Source of the DNA: Thermodesulfobacteriota bacterium
GTDB lineage: Bacteria; Desulfobacterota_D; UBA1144; Nemesobacterales; UBA2774
Assembly: GCA_965223335.1 (NCBI GenBank)
Contig: OZ244991.1
Span: forward strand, 992,001-1,056,000
DNA length: 64,000 bases
Reading direction: 5' to 3'
Part shown: positions 1-8,107 of the stretch, piece after piece
Position numbering within the stretch: the stretch's first letter is position 1
Layout of the letters: every line of letters starts with the position of its first letter
The notes under the pieces: model-generated
The model's input: only the letters and a program-made list of their open reading frames with translations
The model's database searches: none
What the model was told of the DNA's origin: nothing
Position numbers and translations under genes: made by a program

Positions 1-514
1 AAAAAGGGTCTGTGGGCACACCCAGCTCCCGGCCCACACTCTTTGCGAGTATATGCGACTGATTAAATTCCCTTTCCCTCAGTTTAGTTATATGCAGTGG
101 CACCGGTACCACAAGATCAATCTCTTCGAAATCCACCGGGTAGTTGTCGACAAGCACTCTGCTCAGTATCTCCGAGAGACCAAGTTTTCCTTCGTATTTA
201 AAGCCGTGGAGGAGTTCCCTTAGCTTTCCCCGATAAAAAGCAACCGACCTCGCCTTATTAAAAATATACTGCCCCTTAATACACTTCCCGCACAGATGGC
301 TGTCATCACCCCCGTATTCATCCCCCCAGCTTTCATATCCAAACGGCGTGCCACAGCACACACACTGAGCCCGCTCACCAAGGAGTTCAATTTCCGAAGA
401 GCAACCCCCACATAGCCCGCTTCCCTCAGCCCTATCCAAAACACTTTCACATACAGGGCATAAGCGCGGGAAAACAAGGTCTAAAACTGCCGATAAACCC
501 AGAATTGGAGACAC
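1..514 (-). CDS. comF: ComF-family phosphoribosyltransferase-like competence protein, N-terminal part (runs off window)
   Basis: Not in the ORF track. Manual translation from GTG 514 gives VFPRLCPVC...CGGC...CVCCGTPF...CGKC (zinc ribbons), LLHGFKY, VVPVPLH and REREFNQS, all ComF motifs. Confidence 0.85.
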   Translation of the reverse strand, partial: MSPILGLSAVLDLVFPRLCPVCESVLDRAEGSGLCGGCSSEIELLGERAQCVCCGTPFGYESWGDEYGGDDSHLCGKCIKGQYIFNKARSVAFYRGKLRELLHGFKYEGKLGLSEILSRVLVDNYPVDFEEIDLVVPVPLHITKLREREFNQSHILAKSVGRELGVPTDPF

Positions 515-571
515 CCCTATTAGATTTAGAAATCAAACACTATCTAAGTATACGGAAAACGACCCGGTTCC

Positions 572-1672
572 TCAGACTCTCATCGGCATAATCACCGAAA
601 CAAAATCCTCGCCCTCAAGCGGTTTTATCACAGCCGGGCTAAGCTCATCTATAAACCCGAGCTTTACACTATCGCTGCCCACAACCTCAAGCACATCTAT
701 CAAGTACCTAGAGTTAAAACCCAGCTCCACAACATCTCCGTCGTATTCCAAGGGCACCGTTTCCCTAGCCTCACCCACCTCGGGCGAGACCGATAGCAGT
801 GTAATGCCCTCAGCGTCTAACTTCAATTTCACACTCCTGGTTTTCTCCGACGAGAGTATCGAGACCCTTTTAAGAGCGCTTAGAAACTGATCACGCTCCA
901 CCACCACGTCTATTTTGGTACTCTCAGGTGTAACCTGCTTATAATCCGGGAACTCGGCATCTATGAGCCTAGTGAAGAGCACTATATCCTCTCCCTCGGC
1001 CATAAAGAAATTATCCCCAAACCCCATGTTAATTTTCTCAGAAAGTTTAAGTATCTTTTTTATCTCACCCACACCCTTTTTAGGCACCACAAGCCCGCCG
1101 TCAAGCACAACCCCTCCCTCTATCACCTTCTCCACAAGCGATAGTCTGTGCCCGTCGGTGGCTACGAGGCGGAGTTTTGAGTCACCTGCGTTTTCAAAAT
1201 ATATCCCCGATAGATTTCTCCTAAGCTCATCCACCGACACCGCAAATATCGTTTTATCTATCATATCTTCCAGGTCTGCACTACCCACACTAAAAGTATC
1301 TCTTGTGTCCACCTCGGGGATCGCTGGGAAATCCTCACTCGGGAGCCCCGCGATTTTAAAACTCGCATAATCCTTCCTTAGCTCCACCCAGTGGTTTCCA
1401 ATCTCCTCAATCTCTACCTCGCCACCCGGAAACTCCTTTATTATCTCAAAGAGCTTTCTAGCCGGTAACGCAATCCCCCCCTCCTTACCTACCTCTGCGT
1501 CACAATGGGTCTTAATACTCGTTTCAAGATCCGTAGTGCTTAGCTCTATTTTAGAGGCCCGGGCCTCTACGAGTACATGCGAGAGAACCGGCATCGTAGC
1601 CCTTCGCTCAGCTATACCCTGTATCAACCCCAGTTTTTGGGAAAACAGGTTTACATCCGTCGTAAATTTCAT
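572..1672 (-). CDS. dnaN: DNA polymerase III beta sliding clamp
   Basis: 366 aa; ATDGHRL, FPDY and C-terminal IMPMRV motifs; lies downstream of dnaA. Confidence 0.98.
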   Translation of the reverse strand: MKFTTDVNLFSQKLGLIQGIAERRATMPVLSHVLVEARASKIELSTTDLETSIKTHCDAEVGKEGGIALPARKLFEIIKEFPGGEVEIEEIGNHWVELRKDYASFKIAGLPSEDFPAIPEVDTRDTFSVGSADLEDMIDKTIFAVSVDELRRNLSGIYFENAGDSKLRLVATDGHRLSLVEKVIEGGVVLDGGLVVPKKGVGEIKKILKLSEKINMGFGDNFFMAEGEDIVLFTRLIDAEFPDYKQVTPESTKIDVVVERDQFLSALKRVSILSSEKTRSVKLKLDAEGITLLSVSPEVGEARETVPLEYDGDVVELGFNSRYLIDVLEVVGSDSVKLGFIDELSPAVIKPLEGEDFVSVIMPMRV

Positions 1673-1922
1673 TATCTCTACTCCTGTTAATAATTACATA
1701 TACTTAATATTCTATATAGTAGTAATAGTAGTAGGGCCTGTGAATTTGTGGAATCATACCCTTACTCATTTTTATCACTGAAAATTTTGTGTTGATACAT
1801 ATGTTGGTAATTAGTGTGTTTGTCAACATTTGTTAACAAGGCTTAAATCAGTCCTTAACCAAACATTGATTTTTCCACAACCATTCATAGCCTGTATACA
1901 GACCTATAAACTGTTTATCTAC
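1673..1922. other. Chromosomal replication origin oriC (dnaA-dnaN spacer)
   Basis: AT-rich tract, DnaA-trio repeats TAGTAGTAATAGTAGTAG (1717-1734), GGCC, then tandem degenerate DnaA boxes (1739-1755). Further degenerate boxes include TTTTCCACA at 1871-1879. Confidence 0.85.
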
Positions 1923-3425
1923 CTAGCGTATGGACTCTATCTTAGAAGAGAGCGTGTGTATGGTGTTCTTAAAATCCGGGTCGTCTTCAAGCATCCTCTC
2001 TATCTTTTTCACAGCGTGTATCACGGTGGAATGGTCCTTCCCGCCAAACTTCTCACCAATCTCCGGGTAAGATGCCCCTGTATATCTCCTGGACAGATAC
2101 ATTGTGACCTGTCGGGGAAAGGCTATGTTTTTTTGTTTCTTTTCTGATTTTAGGTCCTGCAGTTTTATACCGTAGAACTGAGCCACCTCTTTTTGAATTG
2201 ACTCGATGCTTAGTATCCGGGCCTCTTGCCCCCTGAGCAGGTTTCTGTGCACCTCTTTGGCCAGCTCCACTGTTATCTCGGTTTTAAGCAGTTTAGCGTA
2301 CGCGATTATATTAATCAGAGTGCCCTCAAGCTCCCTTATATTCGAGATGGTGTTTTGTGCTAGGTAAAGCGCTACCTCGTCGGGCATAGGCACGCCCTCT
2401 GATTCCGCCTTGTTTTTTATTATAGCAATCCTGGTTTCGGTCTCAGGGGGTTGGATATCGGTAATAAGCCCCCACTCGAACCGTGATCTCAGCCTCTCTT
2501 CCAGGTAAGACATATCCTTTGGGGATTTATCGCTTGTGAGCACTATCTGTTTCTTAGATTCATAGAGGGTGTTAAAGGTATGGAAAAACTCTTCCTGGGT
2601 GCTCTCTTTGCCGGCAATAAACTGTATATCGTCAATTAGCAGCACATCACAGCCGAACCTGTAACGGTTTCGAAACTCCTCCATCTTATTGGACTTTATG
2701 CTGTTTATAACCTGGTTTGTAAAGTGCTCTGCCGATATGCAGCATATCCTTGCCATGTTAGAGGTCGAATGCAGTATGTGGTTGCCTATGGCGTTTATGA
2801 GGTGGGTTTTACCGAGCCCCACCCCACCGTAAATAAATAGCGGGTTATAGGCCTCGCCCGGTTTCATTGCCACTGCGGTAGAGGCCGCGTGTGCAAACTG
2901 GTTGCTCGGGCCCACTATGAATCTATCAAAAGAGTAGGTCTGGTTGAGGACACCTGTAAATAGCCTGTTTTCTTCGGGTTTGGGCTCTTTTGCTCTCGGG
3001 GGTGCGGGCTCCCTCGGCTTCTCCACAAGCGGTTCAGCCGTAATAATAATCTCCAGTTCCCTCCCCGAGACCTCTTTTACCGTGTCGCTTATAAAATCCA
3101 GGTAGTGGTTATTGATCCAGTCGCGGTCAAACTCGCTTTTCGCTATCAGTGTTAATACCCCGTCCTGCTCACTCAAGGGCTTTAGGTGTGCGAACCAAAA
3201 AAACACCTGGGGATTAGATTTCTTTTTAATCTGCTCGAGTATCTCGTCCCATCTCTGATCCCAGTATGAGTCTGCTTGTGGTTGGTTTGGTACTGATGAA
3301 GAGTCATGGGACCCGGGGTTATCAACAACCGATATACCTTGAGCCGACTCCACCCCTTGGTCATCTGTAAGATCTTGTAGTAGTGATTTGAATTCCCTTC
3401 CCAGGTTGGTAGTTTTTGTTGTCAC
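1923..3425 (-). CDS. dnaA: Chromosomal replication initiator DnaA
   Basis: YNPLFIYGGVGLGKTHL, LLIDDIQF, RLRSRFEWGL and KDHSTVIHA motifs; GGAG precedes the GTG start. Confidence 0.98.
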   Translation of the reverse strand: MTTKTTNLGREFKSLLQDLTDDQGVESAQGISVVDNPGSHDSSSVPNQPQADSYWDQRWDEILEQIKKKSNPQVFFWFAHLKPLSEQDGVLTLIAKSEFDRDWINNHYLDFISDTVKEVSGRELEIIITAEPLVEKPREPAPPRAKEPKPEENRLFTGVLNQTYSFDRFIVGPSNQFAHAASTAVAMKPGEAYNPLFIYGGVGLGKTHLINAIGNHILHSTSNMARICCISAEHFTNQVINSIKSNKMEEFRNRYRFGCDVLLIDDIQFIAGKESTQEEFFHTFNTLYESKKQIVLTSDKSPKDMSYLEERLRSRFEWGLITDIQPPETETRIAIIKNKAESEGVPMPDEVALYLAQNTISNIRELEGTLINIIAYAKLLKTEITVELAKEVHRNLLRGQEARILSIESIQKEVAQFYGIKLQDLKSEKKQKNIAFPRQVTMYLSRRYTGASYPEIGEKFGGKDHSTVIHAVKKIERMLEDDPDFKNTIHTLSSKIESIR

Positions 3426-3480
3426 TTATGTTCTCCATAGGCCGCGACTTGACGCAAAACACACGGACCCCACCCACAAA

Positions 3481-3583
3481 TTATCAACATGTTGTGGATA
3501 ACTTTATTGTTTTAATTGTATATGAAGTTTGCCCACCACCGACGGTATTTTACATCCTAACAGATGGTTAAAGTGATTGTCAA
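3481..3583 (-). promoter_or_regulatory. dnaA sigma70 promoter with downstream DnaA boxes (autoregulation)
   Basis: Minus-strand TTGACA (3578-3583), 18 nt, TG-n-TAGGAT (3554-3559). Boxes TTATCAACA at 3481-3489 and perfect TGTGGATAA at 3493-3501. Confidence 0.7.
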
Positions 3584-3752
3584 GTATTTTTTTAAAATTC
3601 CATGATTACAGAGGGTTAGACAACTTTTTGAGTGCTCGGGACTGTGCAAAATTTGTAGCATTTTTACAGGCAAAAAAACATATGCTACATATATCATATA
3701 TACTTCAAAAAAAGAAAAATTGTATTATGTTAAATGGTTACCCACAGTCTGT

Positions 3753-5012
3753 TTAATTTCCAGCGGTGTTTTCTCCCCGCTCGATGTTTACTCTGCTTAA
3801 AATAACTGCACCAACTACAAAAAACACAATCAAAGATACTATGCTTAGTCTGCTGTTTCCCGTTTGGTCTGCAACAATCGCAAATACAAGCGGCCCCACA
3901 ATTCCCGCAAATTTAGAGCTCGTGCCGTAAAAGCCGTAAAACTCAGCAGTTCTTTCCCGGGGCAGCATCCTGCTAAATAGTGAGCGGCTTAGAGCCTGGG
4001 TGCCTCCCTGCACCGTACCTACCAAAAATGCAAGTATCCAAAAATGCGTGGCGGTCTCCATGTAGTACCCGCCCACAGATATAAGCGTGTAAACGACAAG
4101 CCCGAGCATAATCGAGTTTTTTGTGCCTATGACACCTGCGAGTCGTCCGAATAGTAGTGAGAACGGAATACCCACGAACTGTGTCATCAATAGTGCACCG
4201 ATAAGTGTGGTTTGGTCAATACCGATCTCAGAACCGTATATAGTGGCCATTTTTATAATTGTTCCGATCCCGTCGTTATAAATCCAAAACGCCACCAGAA
4301 AAAGTACCAGGTCGCGGTGCCGTGTAATTTCCCTAGCGGTTTTGTAAATCCTTTTAAACCCCTCGGTAAACGGGTTTATTGCAGAGGATTTAACACTTAG
4401 CCTGGGCTCCTTTATGTTTAGAATTAGAGGGATTGTGAACACTGCCCACCACACTGCCACAGTTACAAACGATAGCCTGACCGCAAGCCCCTTATCCTCC
4501 ATTAACCTTATCATTGCCAGGTTAAGTGCAAGGACAATCCCCCCTCCCAAATATCCCAGTGCATAGCCCTTCGTGGACACCCTGTCTATCTCACCAGGTG
4601 CGGCAATATCGGGCAGTATGGCGTTATAAAACACCTCTGACATGGAAAACCCCACATGCCCCACCACAAACAACATCGATGCCACAAACCAGTCGCCTGT
4701 TTTAATGAAATAGAGTAGTGAGGTAGCAAACACCCCGACCGCCGCAAAGAGCATTAGCAGTCTTTTTTTTATACCCATAAAGTCCGAAACAGCCCCCATC
4801 ACAGGTGCGAGGAGTGCCGTGATAAGCAGGGCCACCGACACCGTATAGCCCCAGTACACAATAGCTTTGTTGCCCCCTAAAACAGAGCCAGCCACCTCGT
4901 TGTAGTACACCGGGAGCACAGCCGATATGACCACTGTGGCAAAGGCCGAGTTACCCCAGTCATATAAACACCAGCTAAGCACTTCACGTCTGTTTTTACC
5001 GCCATTGTTCAT
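3753..5012 (-). CDS. MFS transporter, UMF1/ATG22-like family
   Basis: SWCLYDWGNSAF N-terminus, about 12 hydrophobic segments, QALSRSLFSRM motif. Confidence 0.85.
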   Translation of the reverse strand: MNNGGKNRREVLSWCLYDWGNSAFATVVISAVLPVYYNEVAGSVLGGNKAIVYWGYTVSVALLITALLAPVMGAVSDFMGIKKRLLMLFAAVGVFATSLLYFIKTGDWFVASMLFVVGHVGFSMSEVFYNAILPDIAAPGEIDRVSTKGYALGYLGGGIVLALNLAMIRLMEDKGLAVRLSFVTVAVWWAVFTIPLILNIKEPRLSVKSSAINPFTEGFKRIYKTAREITRHRDLVLFLVAFWIYNDGIGTIIKMATIYGSEIGIDQTTLIGALLMTQFVGIPFSLLFGRLAGVIGTKNSIMLGLVVYTLISVGGYYMETATHFWILAFLVGTVQGGTQALSRSLFSRMLPRERTAEFYGFYGTSSKFAGIVGPLVFAIVADQTGNSRLSIVSLIVFFVVGAVILSRVNIERGENTAGN

Positions 5013-5113
5013 GGTTTTCTCTCAATCAGCATTAAAGAGTTAGGTTCTAGTATTTTCTCTTAAATGTCCAATATTTTGTAGGGGTTCGTTTATTTAGCTA
5101 AAAGTTAACTAAA

Positions 5114-5169
5114 TGGTAATTATTACCAGATGATAATCAATTGAAATAAATCGGTCTTTGTGCAATAAT
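5114..5169 (+). promoter_or_regulatory. Tandem Fur-type boxes and sigma70 promoter upstream of ferritin
   Basis: 7-1-7 palindrome TGGTAAT-T-ATTACCA (5114-5128) and TGATAATCAATTGAA (5131-5145). TTGAAA (5141-5146), 17 nt, AATAAT (5164-5169). Confidence 0.6.
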
Positions 5170-5240
5170 AAATATCTATATAAGAGTGTTTTCAAACCGG
5201 TTAGAAATAAAATAGTACCAAAGTTCAAAGGAGGTTGCAG

Positions 5241-5738
5241 ATGCTAAGTGACGAAGTTGGGGACGCAATCAATAATCAGATCAAAAACGAATACTACTCC
5301 TCATACCTATACCTTTCCATGGCGGCGCACTGCGAGACAATCAACATGCAGGGGTTTGCCAGCTGGCTCCGACAGCAGAGTCAAGAGGAGCTTGCCCATG
5401 CCATGAGATTGTTCGATTTCGTCATAGACAGAGAGGGCAGGGTTGTGCTCCACGCCATAGACAAGCCGCCTGTGGACTTCGGTTCTCTGGTAGAGATGTT
5501 CCAGAGCGTGTATGAGCACGAAAGGGAAGTTACAGGGATGATAAACAGCCTCTATGAGCTCGCAATCAATGAGAACGACCATGCCACCACAGTGGAGCTG
5601 CAGTGGTTCATACGCGAGCAGGTAGAAGAGGAAAAAAGCGCAAAAGACATTCTCGATAAACTCGAACTAGCCGGTGACAGCAGCTCTGCACTCCTAATCT
5701 TGGATCGTCAGCTCGCCGATCGAGGTAGCGCCGAGTAA
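5241..5738 (+). CDS. ftnA: Non-heme ferritin
   Basis: EYYSSYLYLSMA, EELAHAMRLF and LQWFIREQVEEE ferroxidase motifs; GGAGG precedes ATG 5241. Confidence 0.92.
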   Translation: MLSDEVGDAINNQIKNEYYSSYLYLSMAAHCETINMQGFASWLRQQSQEELAHAMRLFDFVIDREGRVVLHAIDKPPVDFGSLVEMFQSVYEHEREVTGMINSLYELAINENDHATTVELQWFIREQVEEEKSAKDILDKLELAGDSSSALLILDRQLADRGSAE

Positions 5739-5968
5739 CATTTGATAAGGGGCGTTTTAAGTTAACGAGCACAAGCCCAAAAGCACCCACTCGTGTAAGC
5801 CGCATCATTTTGGTATTAACTCCGAGTAATCCAGCCGATTACCCTAAAAGGGCTATATCTTAATACTGTGTCGATCCAGCTACACACTTAACAGCAATAA
5901 TATTTTGTGATGTAATCCCCCGTAACTGATATATAATTAATATATTCGTTTAAGGAGCAAATGTAACG

Positions 5969-6868
5969 GTGCGAAAAAACTTCATACTGTACCTACTCTT
6001 AGTACTCGTTTTATTAATTATTCCAGGCCTAACGTTGCCAGGTGCTGCCGAGTCCGAGCAGGGCAACAAAAATTTTCTCTGGAAGGTAAGCAAAGGTGAG
6101 CACCACATATATATTTTGGGCTCCCTCCATCTGCTTAGAAAAGACAACTATCCCCTTAGTGAGTCATTTGATATGGCTTATGAGGAGTCTGACAATATTG
6201 TTTTTGAAGTAGACCCGGGAGTGCTCAAGTTGCCCGAGACGACAAAGATGATGTTATCGAAGGCCACTTTGGAGGGCGATAAAACACTCAAGTCCACACT
6301 CTCGGACAAGTCATATGAGCTCACCAAGTCAAAGCTCGAAGCTCTCGGGCTAAATGTACTTATGCTAAACAAATCAAAGCCCTGGTTCGTCGCCATAACA
6401 ACGGCTGTATATAAGCTAAAGAGCTTGGGTTTCGATGGCGAAAAGGGTGTTGAGACCTACTATTACGAGAAAGCAAACACAGACGGCAAGAAAGTACACA
6501 GCTTAGAGACTGCCGAGTTTCAAATTGATTTACTCTCCGGGTTTCCGCCCGAGATACAGGAAAAACTCTTACTCCAGACCCTAAAGGACCTCGAGGTCAT
6601 AGAGGACTATTTCGATTCCATAGTGTCTTCATGGGAATCGGGCAATACGCGCGAATTCGAGTCTATAGTCATGGATAGTTTCAAAGAGTATCCAACTATA
6701 TACGAAAAATTAATCATCGATAGAAACGACAACTGGCTACCTGTAATAGAGGGCTACCTCGACTCAGACCAAAAATATCTGGTGATTGTGGGTTCGGGCC
6801 ACTTGGTGGGCAAAGACGGCATTATAAGGCGTCTCGAACAAAGGGGATATCAGATCGAACAGATGTAG
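5969..6868 (+). CDS. TraB/GumN (Tiki-like) family secreted protein
   Basis: Signal peptide; LWKV, YILGSLH, LETAEFQ, RNDNW and IVGSGHL motifs. Confidence 0.85.
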   Translation: MRKNFILYLLLVLVLLIIPGLTLPGAAESEQGNKNFLWKVSKGEHHIYILGSLHLLRKDNYPLSESFDMAYEESDNIVFEVDPGVLKLPETTKMMLSKATLEGDKTLKSTLSDKSYELTKSKLEALGLNVLMLNKSKPWFVAITTAVYKLKSLGFDGEKGVETYYYEKANTDGKKVHSLETAEFQIDLLSGFPPEIQEKLLLQTLKDLEVIEDYFDSIVSSWESGNTREFESIVMDSFKEYPTIYEKLIIDRNDNWLPVIEGYLDSDQKYLVIVGSGHLVGKDGIIRRLEQRGYQIEQM

Positions 6869-6879
6869 ATCCTTATCAT

Positions 6880-8073
6880 CTATGAATCTTTTTTAGTCCT
6901 ATTTTTGATGAGTGTTACGGTACTCCTTATTTCCACTGTCGAGAACTCATTTAAATCCCTAGCAATTGACTTGTCCCAGCTTGGGTCCGAGAGCATAGAG
7001 GTAAGTCTTCGGGTATTAAGCAGCGACACCTGGTCCCAATAGCCTTTACTCTTGATTAGATCTTCCAGTTTTGCTCTGTCTGGGTCTTTGCTATCTGGGA
7101 ATTTAAGGTGCTCTTCTCTTTTTATCTTGGCGGTTTTGTCCGTACCGTACACCCTATCCACATTGTTCGTATCCGAGTACTCAATCAGTTTTGTTTTTGT
7201 GTCGTCTATTTTGTTTTCTATAGTTTTTTTTTGCGACTGAAGCGATGCCAGGGTGTCTACAAGGTTTGTTCCGGTCTCGGTGGGTTTGTCCTTCTCAGGC
7301 AGTTGTTCCACTATAAACTTATGCTTCCACACGGGGCAGGTCTCTTGGTAAGAGCACCAATCACATAGTGCGGATTCATGGGGTTTATAGTCCTTGGCCG
7401 ACTCAATCTCCTCTATCACGGCTATCTTCTCAGCCTTTAGAGCCTCAATCTCCTCAACGCAGCGTGTGGAAGTAATCTCTTTATTAAAGACCAGGTAGTG
7501 CCAGATGAGTTTAACGTCTTTTACGTCTTTCCACATGTTTCTTATGGCCAGTTCATATAGTGCAAGCTGTTTGTCCTCGTCTTTGTCCTTTTGTGAGGGC
7601 AGAGAGCCGTTGGTTTTGTAGTCGTGGATCTCGTATGTGCCGTCCTCCGCAACCGCTATCCGGTCGATAAACCCTACAAGCGTCGAGCCCGATTCCCCGA
7701 GGGGCACGGTGACCTTTTTCTCTGTTGCCAGGGTTTTCGATTCGTCAAAAGGGTAGTGTGTTGAGTAGTACTGTTCGACACATACACGGCCCAGGTTCCT
7801 GTAGTCCCCCACCGACATATTAGCTCTCACAATCTTAATCTCATCGTCCCATTTCGAGTCCCATTTCTTCTGGAAGTATTCAATTAAAGTGTCGAGTGGA
7901 ATAACTTTTGCGCTGATTATTTTTTTATATAGCAGCTCGAGAGCTTCGTGCACACGTGTTCCCATGAACTGTTCTATGGTTTTGAGCTCAGGGATTTTGT
8001 CTATGTACTTAAGTTTGTAACGATAGGGGCATCTTTTATAGGTCGATATCTTGGAGTAGGAATATAGTCCCAT
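6880..8073 (-). CDS. RecB-family PD-(D/E)XK nuclease with predicted Fe-S cluster
   Basis: SYSKI..Y.RCP, GTRVHEALE, GFIDRI, IHDYKT, QLALY and CDWCSYQETCP motifs. Confidence 0.85.
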   Translation of the reverse strand: MGLYSYSKISTYKRCPYRYKLKYIDKIPELKTIEQFMGTRVHEALELLYKKIISAKVIPLDTLIEYFQKKWDSKWDDEIKIVRANMSVGDYRNLGRVCVEQYYSTHYPFDESKTLATEKKVTVPLGESGSTLVGFIDRIAVAEDGTYEIHDYKTNGSLPSQKDKDEDKQLALYELAIRNMWKDVKDVKLIWHYLVFNKEITSTRCVEEIEALKAEKIAVIEEIESAKDYKPHESALCDWCSYQETCPVWKHKFIVEQLPEKDKPTETGTNLVDTLASLQSQKKTIENKIDDTKTKLIEYSDTNNVDRVYGTDKTAKIKREEHLKFPDSKDPDRAKLEDLIKSKGYWDQVSLLNTRRLTSMLSDPSWDKSIARDLNEFSTVEIRSTVTLIKNRTKKDS

Positions 8074-8107
8074 AATGTAATCGCTTCATGCTCAGAGCCT
8101 GGCGGCT

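Noticed and set aside
220..477. 85-aa ORF in the track
   Set aside because: Wrong frame; the comF frame on the same strand explains the region.
1536..2147. Plus-strand ORFs across the dnaN-dnaA junction
   Set aside because: Antisense to dnaN/dnaA and overlapping oriC; the YIVVIVVG stretch is just translated DnaA-trios.
6880..8073. CRISPR-associated cas4 or a CRISPR array
   Set aside because: No repeat-spacer array or other cas genes seen in the window.
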